Origin: Chiloscyllium plagiosum | Lineage: Eukaryota | Direction: 5' to 3' | Length of the DNA stretch: 62,591 nt | NCBI RefSeq assembly: GCF_004010195.1 | Contig: NC_057719.1 | Span: forward strand, 88,279,393 to 88,341,983 | Notes under the pieces: model-generated | Databases searched by the model: none | Told to the model about the DNA's origin: nothing | The model's input: the letters and a program-made list of their open reading frames with translations, nothing else | Program-made: the position numbers and the translations under genes | In this document: positions 51,591 through 62,591 of the stretch, in pieces | Layout of the letters: each line of letters opens with the position of its first letter | Numbering within the stretch: the stretch's first letter is position 1

Positions 51591-52879
51591 CGCTCATGGG
51601 ACGTGGGTGTCGCTGGCTTGCCAGCATTTATTGCCCATCTGTAGTTGCCCTTAAGAAGGTGGTGGTGAGCTGCTACCTTGAAGTGCTGCAGTCCATGTGG
51701 TAGTGTTCCTATCTCTAGGCTTATAGGTTTGGATTCATGTTCCATGGAGGTGTGTCCCTTGTTCCAGTAGATTGATTAAAATACTTTTACTGATTATTGG
51801 GAACAATTTACCTGTCCCTAAAGGACAACAGTGTCATAGCTTTCTTTAGTCCTCACAGGAGAAATGGGTGTATAATGTGGTATGATCAGATAAAGTTAAC
51901 ATATTGTTATGAAGGGGAAATCGTGTTTTACAAATTTATTATTGGAGTTTTTGAAGATGTCGCCAGTAGGGTTGATAAAGGGAAGCCAGTAGATGCAATA
52001 TACTTATATTTCTAAAAAGACACCACATAAAAAAATGCAAGAAATGAGTTTGCAAGTTAGCCATAATATATTAGCAATGATAGAGAATTGGTTAACATTC
52101 AGGAAGGTTGGGTAACAGCTTTTGTAAACTCGAGTGCCACAAGGATTATTGTTGAGGTTTCAGCTACTTATAACTATGTTGGACATAGAGACTTAGAAGC
52201 AAAGACTGAGGGTAATTATCAGCTTTAGCTGATGATACGTGGGAATGCAAGTTATCAAGGGAACTCGGAGGCTGTAGAGAGATTTGGATAAGTTGGCTGT
52301 ACAGTCGAATGGCAGATGGAGAATGTGGAGCTGTGTGAGATTATTCATTCTGGTCATAAAAATAGGAAAATAGCATATCTTTATAAAGCAATAAACATTG
52401 TGAATGATGATGTTCAGAGGAACTGAACTTGGCTGTGTACAAATAATATTGAAAGTTAGAAGGCAGGTACAGCAAGCAGTTAGGTGAAGGTCTTTATTGT
52501 AAGGGGGTTGGAGTATAGGGATAAAGTATTTTGTGACAGTTGTACACGGCTTTGGTGAAACCACACTTAGAATAGTATGTGCACTTTAGGTCTCCATATT
52601 TAAGGAACGATATCCTTGCATCAGAAGCAGTGAAGTGAGAGTTCACTCGATTTGATTCCTGGGATAAGATGTTGGGAGGCTGAGTACATTTGGTCTAATT
52701 TGTCTGGAGTTTAGAAAATTGACAGATCATCTCATTGAAAACCTATGAAGACTGCTTGACAGTGGTAGAAACTGAGGTTGCAATCACTGGCTTGAAGAAT
52801 CCAGAACGCAGGAGCACAGTCTCAGGAGAATGGCCAATTAGTTAAGTCTGAAATGTGAATAATTTCATTTTTTTAAATT

Positions 52880-53305
52880 TGAATTATCATTCTCACATGT
52901 ACCAAGATACAGGAAAAAGTGTTGTTTTGTGTGCCATTCCGACAAATCATACTTTATGAAAGTACATCAGGGTAATACAACAGAATGCAGAATATAGTAT
53001 TACAGCTACAGAAAAGGTGCAGAGAAAGATCAACTCCAGAGGGGGTCCATTGATAAGTCTGATAACAGCAGGGAAGAAGCTGTTCTTGAATCTGTTGTTA
53101 AGTGTTTTCAAACTTTTGTGTTTTCTACCTGATGGAAGAGAATATAACCGGAGGGGTCTTTGTTTATTTTGGCTGCTTTCCCGAGGTAGTGGCAAGTGTA
53201 GAGGGAGTCAATGGAAGGAAGGCTGGCTTGTGTGGGACTGGACTGCGTTAACAACTCCCTGTAATTTCTTGCGGTCTTGGGCAGAGCAGTTGCCATGCCA
53301 AACGG
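52880..53305 (-). mobile_element. Rex1/Babar-type LINE 3' end
   Basis: WHGNCSAQDRKKLQ..., LPSIDSLYT, LPSGRKHKSLKTLNNRFKNSFFPAVIRLIN. Confidence 0.75.
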
Positions 53306-54574
53306 TTAATTCTGAATCTTCTGTACTCAGAGTATCCCGAACCCCCTATCAGCTTAAGGCTGTGGAAGACAGATATTTGAGGTTGAAGGAATTAGGGATA
53401 TGGATGAGAAAGTGGGATTGAAACCCAAGATCTTCCTTGATCATATAGAACAGCAGAGCTGGCTCAAAGGCAATGTGGCTCAATCATGCTCCTATTTCTT
53501 ATGCTGTTTAGACTCAAGAAGTGGGGTGAATGGGAGGAGAAGGTGCCTTAAAGAGAATTGAGAAGGTGGTTGAGGCATTGAGGAGGCTCTCTCAGAAGGT
53601 AGTTGTGATGATGAGATTACTAATCCAGGTTACTGAAGAGGCAGAGGGCGGTGCCACATCTTATCCAAATGCTGATTGCAGGGTGGTGTGGAAGGTCTCA
53701 ACATTACCAAACTTTTAGCTCTCCAAGGCCAAAGCTCATGAACTCTTCCTATATCGCTCACCAGCCTCATCATCAACCCAAAGCCTCTTTTAGACAGGTC
53801 GAGGAGGACACAGCATCGCATCCTAACAGTAGACTGTCATCAATGCCAAAAAATAAAACAGCAGCTTCTCACTAGCAACAGTTACATTGGTAGTTATCGA
53901 GCTTTGTCGGACAAGGCATCTATCATCTTGGTGACAGACTGGAATTGGAATCTCTCAGGGACCTTTGACAGAATCCAGTACTTAAAAAACTCAAAGACAC
54001 AGTTAACTGGGCTGTTATTGGCAGGTAAAGTGATATGAAATTCACAGCAACAAGAGTATAAAGTTGCAGATTCCTTCAGCACAGGCCAGCAGTCATGTTC
54101 AGATAAATTCTACAGGCAGAGGCAAACTATGCTTGTGTAGTGTCTCCTTCTCCTTCATACCCCACTCTCTGGCCTCCTGATACTCAGGATTCTGCCCTTT
54201 TTTGTTCAGCTGCTACTCTTTATCTTTAATGGCATTGACTTCTGATTTCTATGGGATTACAACAAATAGACTGTAGTTAACCCATGGAAAGAGATGGAGG
54301 ACCACACCAGATGATGAAGTTGATAAATGGTGGCACATGGTAGCTACAGTGTGGGGTTGTGGCTTTTCAGATCCTTGGTGTTAGGGAATCCATGCAATCA
54401 CCTTTGGGAAACTGTTAAAGGTTCTGTCAATTGCAAGGCTGCAGTCCTCAAGTAACTTGTCAGGCATGCTCACTGATGCTCAGTTTAAATTCTGTCAAGC
54501 CCCTTAGCACCTTGCTAAATTGGTTCAAGCATGTACAAAAGAGCTAAAATCAAGATGAAAGGAGACTGTGACTA

Positions 54575-55255
54575 TGCTTGACATAAGATGGCTTTTAACC
54601 AAGTTTGACATCAAGGAGTCACTGGCATCAGTAGGCATTGGGGTGCCAACTATTTGCTGGTTGGAGTCATACCCGGCACATTAGAAGATGGTCATAGTTG
54701 TTGGAGGAGAATCATGTCAGCTTGAGGACAGCTCTGAGGACTTTCTCAGGGTAGTATCCTAGGTCCAACCATCTTCAGCTGCTTCATTAATGACTATCCC
54801 TCCATAATAACGTCAGAAGTGGGGATGTTCAGCGATGATTGCCTGGATGGGAAAAGCTTCAACAACACCCAAGAAGCTTGACACCATCCAGGACAGAGCA
54901 GCCTTCTTGATTGGCACCACATCCACAAACATCCACTCCTTCCGCCCACCTATACTTATTGGTACCATCTACAAGATGCAGTGCAGTAAGTCACCAAAAA
55001 CTCTAGACAGCACCTTCCAAACCCATGACCACTCCCATCTAGATAGACAAGGGTAGCAGATACTTGGGAAAACCACCCCCTCCAAGTTCACCTCCAAAAC
55101 ATTCGCCATCCTGATTTGGAAATATATTGCCTTTCCTTTAGTGTCACTGGATCAAAATGCTGGAATTCCCTCCCTAAGGGCATTACAGATCTACATGCAG
55201 CACATGGACTGCAGTGGCTCATGAAGGCACTTCAGCATTTTCTCACAGCAATTAT
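54575..55255 (+). mobile_element. L2/CR1-group LINE RT fragment and 3' end
   Basis: QGSILGPTIFSCFINDYPSIITSEVGMFSDD (RT QGS and YADD-like motifs). Confidence 0.75.
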
Positions 55256-57699
55256 AAATACATGAAGCAGAGCTTATATCTAAGGTTCACTTGTGGGGAA
55301 AATCAGCAACTGCCTGGTTTCTCTTTTTAATCACACCAGTGTCAGTTTTGAGTCATTATCATCCAGTTTGAACACAGTGTGAACATGGTAGTTTGGCTGT
55401 TATGGTGGGTGGAACAGGAAGTTTAATGGATGCATGGCTAGGATGCTTCCTTTTGGATTCATAGAAATAGCAGATATATTATTACCTAGAGGTTTGTACA
55501 GAGAGAACATCAGGTGATTGACTTATCAAAGATGGGCGTGAGTGGAAGGGAAATAATATTTCTCTGTAACAGTGCTGGAAGAGCTGATGAACAGCCAAAA
55601 GACCACCTTTAGAAAGCAAATCTAATCACCCTGAGCTTGAAGAAAGCACAGTTACATTAGTGTGTTTGTGTAATGTAACAATTAGTGTATTTTTGTGTCT
55701 GAATAATACACTTGCATTTGAAAAACATATTGGAGCATGAACTGTGGTGGAATCATTTCACCAATTGAAGAATTCTTTGCAGAACTCAGTTGATAAAATG
55801 TCACTAACCTAAATTGTTAACTTGGGTTTTCTCTTCATAGTTGCTGCCTGAACTACTGAGTGTTTCCATTGGTGCTTTGTTTTTTTAATATCAGTATCAA
55901 TGGAGTTACATAGACTAACTCAGATTCAGATTCCAGTTGATTTGAGATTTCCCTGATGAAATGAATTCCTATGACATGGATTGTCATTCCTTCTTCCACA
56001 ATGGCCAGAACAGCTCTGGGGGCATTATAAATGGAATTGCCAGAAAGTTTTTGACTCGCCTGCTGGGTCACCTTTTGGAAGTGCTGCATTATCAATTGCT
56101 GCAATCTGGCACCTAAACACTAAAGACATAGGCTCCGTACCTTCTCTGTTATATCCTGTTCTTAATTGCACAATGTTCTCTCTCACACACACACACACAC
56201 AATTCTGGCCAATTCATCATTAGAGAAGCCCCTCCACATGTAATCCTGCAATAGGGCTCTTAAATATTGGGACTTCTCATAGATCCCTACATCAGGTCTG
56301 CACCAACTCCCTGAAGAGCATACCACCTATCCTTGTATTCACCATGACCAACCCAATTAGCCAACACGTCCCTAGATACCACTGGGCAATTTAGCATGGC
56401 CAATTCATCTAACCTGCACATCTTTGGACTGTGGGAGCAAACCAGAGTTCCTGAAGGAAGCCCAAGCAGAAATGGAAGAATGTGCAAACTCCACACAGTC
56501 ACCCAAGGGTGGAATTATACCTTGGTCACTAGTGCTGTGAGGCAGCAGTGCCAACCACTGAGCCAGCACCTACTTTTGGCCAGTATGAAAAAGGTGTCTC
56601 ACCTTGAGCACTGTTTGGCTTTCAAGGACCAAATGACCCTAGGCCTGCTTTCCCTTTCAGATTGGATAAAAAGCCTTCAGCAGTCACACAGGAAATGGGC
56701 CACAGTCTGTTCAGTACTAAAGCCAGGACAAAGTTTTCATAGTTGACAGGCTGTGCATGGCCTTGAGAGACCACTAGTCAGAGAGGCAATGTATCCTAAG
56801 ATTGTGACGCCTGGCTGTGGACAACCTGGTCATCAGAAACATCCTTTCTGTTTTTTTAAATTCATTCACTGGATGAAGGCATCGCGGGATGGGCCAACAT
56901 TTATTGTCAATTCCTAATTGCCCACGAGCTGAAGGATTTCTGTGATGTGATTAATAAGATCCAGCCATAGAGCATAGAAATCCTCTGGTATACCAAGTCC
57001 GACCTCACTAACTGTTCTGGACTTTACAGTTTATACTTTTGTGTGAAATCTTCTGACGTGCACTCTGTGCAGATCGGGCAAAAATACTGCAGACCTCCTT
57101 CTGGCTCATGCATATGATACGACTGAGCCAGATTGTGGTGTAAAGTTTGACTTTCAAACTGCTCTCTGAACAAATTCTCTGAATTCCTTTCTGGCTTATT
57201 TAGCAACCAACTTATTTCATGGCCTTTTGAATTTAGCTCAACCACAGATACAACATTGTATCCATGTCTACACTTCATTATCTGCTGTCACTGATCACCA
57301 TTAGTGTTCTATTTTCCAGAGAAAGGAACTCACATTCTGAAAGCCTTTCCCAATCATTAAGCCTCTCACTTCTAATTATCATCCTATGAATCATTTCTGC
57401 ATCTTTTTCAGTACCTCTATATTACTTTTTACAGCACAAAGACCAGAAGAATACGCAGTACTCCAAGTGTGGCCTAATCATGCCCACTTTTGATAAAAGA
57501 CTGCCTGGTAATTAATGAGAAGTGTATTTTCCATTGCTAATTCTTCTAAGTGTCTCATCTAATTATCTCAGCAGCATTCCAAATTTCACACACAGATCTG
57601 ATAGCGTGCTTGACAAATGCTGAAGAATTTCAAAGTATGTAACCTCTGACCCCATACATTGATGACTGTAATGATGGAAACCCAGACTTCCACTCAATT

Positions 57700-57950
57700 T
57701 ATCTTCATGTGTCTGTACATGCTTATATCTGTGTGTGCCTGTCCATGCATATCTGGATCATGTATGTGTGCATGCATGAGCATCTGCGTATGTTTGTGTG
57801 TGCATACGCGTATGTGTTTGTGCATGTCTACTGTTATCTGTTTACATACATGTGTGCAAACTTTTATCTCCATGTGTAAATATGACTGCATATACATACA
57901 CACCTACACGTGTGTGTAAATGCCTGTGCATGCTTGTGTGTCAGTGTTTG
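57700..57950. repeat. Degenerate (TG/CA)n low-complexity tract
   Basis: Alternating purine-pyrimidine sequence; explains the Cys/Met/His-rich spurious ORFs. Confidence 0.85.
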
Positions 57951-58020
57951 TTGGACTTGGTTAACTCAGTTGGCTGGACAGCTGGTTTATGATGCAGAGT
58001 GATAACAACAACGTGGGTTC

Positions 58021-58666
58021 TGATGATGCTGCTCCTTTAACAAAGTTAGGTTGTCCTTGGTCATAAATGCATAAATTCCGAGGTGTCTGGTTTGTTGGGG
58101 TTTTAGGGCCAATTTGAATATAGCTAACAGATACTGCCTCGGAAAAAGGCTTTCAAGTTTTAAAAGTAAACACTTGTACAATGAAAAGGGAGTGTCCATT
58201 TTTCCCAGCTCAGCCTTTCTCTGGTTTGGTTTGGTTTGGTTTGGTTTTAGCAGTCTGGCCATTCAGAGCTTCTGGTCAGTTTAAGCTTGTGAATCTAAGG
58301 AAACAGCTACAGTGGAAGGGGGTTCCATACTGAATCTCTCTGCTATCTCCCACTCCTGTAAGAACCTGTGTCTGATTTTACCTTTTTGCCAAGGGGGTGT
58401 TTATGGGGACTGTTGCAGGCATTTAGAAGAGCATCATTAAGTTGGAATATGTTTGGGCTTTTGGCTAGGTTAAGTTATTCTGTATTCTGTTTTCTTTTGT
58501 TTGTGTTTCATTTGGTATTCTGCAAATAAATTCTGTTTTGTTTAAAACCAAGAGCTTTGACGAGCTGCATCACTCCTGGAATATCCACCTACACCTGCTT
58601 AAAGCAACTAGAAAACTGGGCTACCTTCTTGAAATGTTTTGAGGGGGTCTAGTCTGGTCCATAACC
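58021..58666 (+). mobile_element. Solo-LTR-like element inserted in a SINE (57953-58785)
   Basis: Starts TG, ends ...tccataac(c); direct repeat GGGTTC at 58015-58020 and 58667-58672; internal AATAAA; host SINE halves rejoin to match the intact copy at ~41755-41975. Confidence 0.7.
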
Positions 58667-59379
58667 GGGTTCAATTCCCACACTGGCTGAAGTTACCATG
58701 AGGTTTAGTGACCCTCAGGTTAAACCACCCCCAGTTGTCTCTAATGAACGAGTCTTCTAGGATTATTGGGTGACTTTACTTTTCACCTTTGCAATGAGAG
58801 GAGTGGTGTTGGTAATCTGCAGTTGGAACAGGAAATGGTTTTCTTGAATTTGTAAAGGACTGCCATCCAGAGCCACAGCTGTTGAAAAAAAGACCTGAAA
58901 GACTGGAGAGTCAGCAGCAACTAGTGACTTTATAGAACCTCCAACATAGTAAAACTTTGCCATGCATTACATTGATTCGTAATCAGACAGAATTTGACAA
59001 TGACGAAATATTAGGACCAGTATCTAAAGTTTGGACCAAAGGAGCATCTTTAATGTAATGATACTCAGGGGTAGGAAAGATAGCTGAAGGAATGGCCACC
59101 AATGGGGAAACATAAAGTATATGTTGGGGGTGTGTGTGGTTGGGAATGCGGTGGGGGGGGGTGTTAAGAAGCTTGGGTTGATGGGAAGGGGAGAGATCTC
59201 AGAGTTGTTTGACTGAATGGGAAGCCAGAGAATGAGAGAACCAAGACCATGGAGTGAACTGAAAAAAAGAATGAGAAGGTTTGTGCATGACCATTCCCAG
59301 ATCCCTTTCTGATCTTCAAATTTCACCACTTGGGTTGCACTGTCTATCCTTATGTCGTTTCACTTTGTGTTTTTCTCAG

Positions 59380-59962
59380 AGTCATACAGTACTGAAAAAG
59401 ATCCATTGATCCAACCAATCCATGCTGACTGTAATCCCAAACTAAACTAGTGCCACCTGCCTGAGCTTGGCCCATATCCTTCTAAACCTTTCCGATTCAT
59501 GTACTTGTCCAAATGCGTTTTAAATGTTGTAACTGTACTCATATCCACCACTTCCTCTGGAAATCCATTCCACAGACGAACCACTCTCCGTGTAAAGAAC
59601 TTGCCCCTCATGTCCTTTTAAAATCCTTCTTCTCTCACCTTAAAAATTTGCCCCCTAGTTTTGAACTTCCCAATCCTGGGAAAAAGACTTTTGCTATTCA
59701 CCTTATCTAAGCCCCTCATGATTTTATAAACCTCTGGAAGGTCACACTTCAAACTCCTACGCTCCAATTAAAAAGGTCCCAGCTTATCCAGCCTCTGCCT
59801 ATAACTCAAATCTTACATTCCCAGTAACATCCAGGTAAATCTTGTCTGAACCCTCTCCAGCTTAATAATATCTTCCTATAATAGGGTGACCAGATCTAGA
59901 CATGGTACTCTAAAAGAGGCCTCACCAACGTCCTGTACAACCGCAACATGACATCTCAACTC
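59380..59962 (-). mobile_element. CR1 LINE 3' end
   Basis: Reverse complement of the CR1 3' region and tail. Confidence 0.75.
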
Positions 59963-61794
59963 TGGGGGTTGGATTTCATCTGATTGAGCCTACTCATTCT
60001 ATTAACCTATCCAGGTCCTCCTCAGGTTTATTACTATCTTCCTGACCATCTTCCATTTCCAAGTTTCCACCTGCAAGTTCATAATTGAGCCATATACCTC
60101 CAAATCTAATTCATTAATGTATATCAAAAACCACAGTGTTCTTCGTACACTTTGAAAGCACACTTATTTTTGTTCATTCAAGGTATGTAGGAATCACTGG
60201 CAAGGTCAGGATTGGTTGCCTATCCCTAATTTCCCTTGACCTTTGTAGCTTGCTTTGGAGGGTAATTAACTGGCTGGATGCCAGGTGGTCTGAGCAGTTT
60301 CATTCCTTTGTAGAGGCTTTGAAGTGATTTGATACAACTGACTGGCTCTCTGAGGTCATTTCAGAGAGCAGTTAAGAGGCAGTCACATTGTTGCGTGCCT
60401 GGAGTCACATGTAGGACAGATCTGGTAAAAATGGCAGATTATCCTTCCCAAAAGGAGATATTCTGAGAACACCAATGAATCAGATGATTTTTTTTGTGAC
60501 AATTAATTGATATGCACCAGACCATACACCCTCAAAGCATATCAAGGAGATAGTCTAGACTCTAACTTTTATCGTATTTAAAAACAAGTGCAAGGTGCTG
60601 GCTTCCAGATGTGATTCAATTGGTCAAACTATGAGGCTTTAAGCAGAATACACTTTATTCATACACCACAGTTTAAACACAAACAAATAAAAAAAATTGG
60701 CATAATTAACTCTGTTGAAATACTAACAAAATAATATATATTTTAACTACTAATCAACTGTTCCAATATAGCAGCATCTCATAAACATACCTAAAATCAA
60801 ACCTTCAAACTTCATAGAACATCCTGAGCTCACAGGATTGCAATTTTATCTTGCCTGGTCTGAACTCACCTTAAGGACATTGTGTTTGCAATAGTGTTGA
60901 AGAATGTGCAGATGATTCTTTGATGCACTGACTGCAAGCACACTTCGATGGCCTGAGGACATTCCTGTAGAAGTGAAGGAATTTTAAAAGCTGATGGTGT
61001 GTGGGGAGTGATTGTGGAAATTGCTTGGATGTACCGTTTCCAGACAGTGAATGAAAGGATATGCCAGGTATTCATAGGGCACAACCAATACAAAGGTTCA
61101 TTTAAGGATGGGAGGGAGAGGGGAGGGTGGGTGTTCAGCTTTGTGCAAAACAATGACGTTTTTGAAAAGCCCTCTTTGTTGGATGATCACCCTCAAGGCC
61201 AGCATTTATTTCTCATCCCTAAGTGCCCTCAAACTGAGTGACTTGATGAGCCATTTAAAAATCAACCACATTGCTGTGAACCTAAAGTCATGTGTAGCCA
61301 AGGCCAGGTAAGGGAATAGATTTCCTTCCTTAGTGAACTACTTTTAAAATAATCTAGCTGTTTCATGAAGATTACTAATGAGACTATCACTTTGTTCATG
61401 AATTGAATTTAAGCTCCCCCTTGAAGCTGCTTTGGTGAGATTTGAACGAGCCTAGCCTCTGGATTACTAGGCCAGTGACATTACCACTATGCTACAATCT
61501 GAAAACAAGATCAGGATAGGATGCAGATTGGTTTGGTTTGTGGCATTTTTGCTGTCTTGACAGCCCATTTCTTGTGAAAACAGGAGTGTCGGATGATGCA
61601 GTTTATCTGAATGAGCATCTCACTAGGTGGCAGTGTGGAGCAATACCCTGAAACAATAGCTCAGTGTAACACTATATAAAAAAGACCTCAAAGAACTGTG
61701 AATGATGGAAGTTAGGAACAAAAACAGGAATTGTTGGGAAAACTCAATGGGTCTATGCAAAGAATGCAGAGTTAATGTTTTGGGGCCCAGTGAT

Positions 61795-62591
61795 GTTCGA
61801 CAAGGTTCCCCATCGGAGACTAGTTAACAAGGCTAGATCTCATGATTACAGGGAGAACTAGCCATTTGGATACAGAAACAGAAGGTAGAAGACGGGGTGG
61901 TAGTGGAGGGTTGTTTTCAGACTGGAGGCCTGTGACCAGTGGAGTGCCACAAGGATCGTTGCTGTGTCCACTACTTTTCATCATTTATATAAATAATTTG
62001 GATGCGAGCATAAGAGGTACAGTTAGAAAGTTTGCAGATGACACCAAAATTGGAGGTGTAGTGGACAGCGAAGAGGGTTACCTCAGATTACAGCAGGATC
62101 TTGATCAGATGGGCCAATGGGCTGAGAAATGGCAAATAAATGCGAGGTGCTGCATTTTGGGAAAGCAAATCTTGTACACTTAATTGTAAGATCCTAGGGA
62201 GTGCTGCTGAACAAAGAGACCTTGGAGTGCAGGTTCATAGCTCCTGAAAGTGGAGTCGGAGGTAGATAGGATAGTGAAGAAGGCATTTGGTATGCTTTCC
62301 TTTATTGTATTGAGTACAGGAGTTGGGAGGTTATGTTGCGGTTGTACAGGACATTGGTTTACAAAATTATGAGGGGCATGGATAGGATAAGTAGACAAAG
62401 TCTTTTCCCTGGGGTGGGGGAGTCCAGAACTAGAGGGCATAGGTTTAGGGTGAAAGGGGAAAGATATAAAAGAGACCTAAGGGGCAACTTTTTCACACAG
62501 AAGGTGGTACATGTATGGAATGAGCTGCCAGAGGATGTGGTGGAGGCTGGTACAATTGCAACATTTAAGAGGCATTTGGATGGGTATATGA
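61795..62591 (+). mobile_element. CR1 LINE RT/3' fragment
   Basis: WRPVTSGVPQGSLLCPLLFIIYINNLD...KFADDTKIGG. Confidence 0.9.

Noticed and set aside
57024-61153. Minus-strand ORFs 60866-61153 (with AAG|GTGAGT donor) and 57024-57278 as exons of a new gene
   Set aside because: No recognisable homology and a weak acceptor; insufficient support without transcript data

Overview
Eukaryotic genomic DNA from a cartilaginous fish (inferred from shark-type HE1/V-SINEs, DeuSINE-like SINEs, CR1 LINEs and an elasmobranch-type tandem repeat), with two N gaps (16628-16728, 25530-26029). Three spliced protein-coding genes can be reconstructed with GT-AG junctions and consistent phases. (1) HAUS2 on the + strand: six coding exons, 2130-11561, 207 aa, downstream of a CpG-rich and probably bidirectional promoter at about 1.1-1.45 kb. 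(2) VPS18 on the - strand: the last three exons (25098-25189, 22353-24211, 17444-18166); exons 1-2 were not found. (3) An intron-containing EEF1AKMT3/METTL21B-like lysine methyltransferase on the - strand (40603-40794, 32638-32749, 30742-31196; 252 aa), upstream of the VPS18 exons and possibly nested in VPS18 intron 2. The rest is mostly decayed retroelements. The most striking non-genic signal is a dense population of very short (60-220 bp) insertions derived from Penelope-like-element terminal repeats, from at least four sequence families. Many carry 9-20 bp target-site duplications, an inverted segment, and minimal type-I hammerhead ribozyme cores (CUGANGA-stem II-GAAA-palindromic stem III-NUH), i.e. 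a retrozyme-like system. Several lie in sense orientation within one intron. Also notable are two apparent DNA-repair scars: a 120-bp templated copy of a HAUS2 splice acceptor, and a double hairpin with two 52-bp-arm stems. Repeat boundaries are approximate, and family names come from recognition, not database searches.
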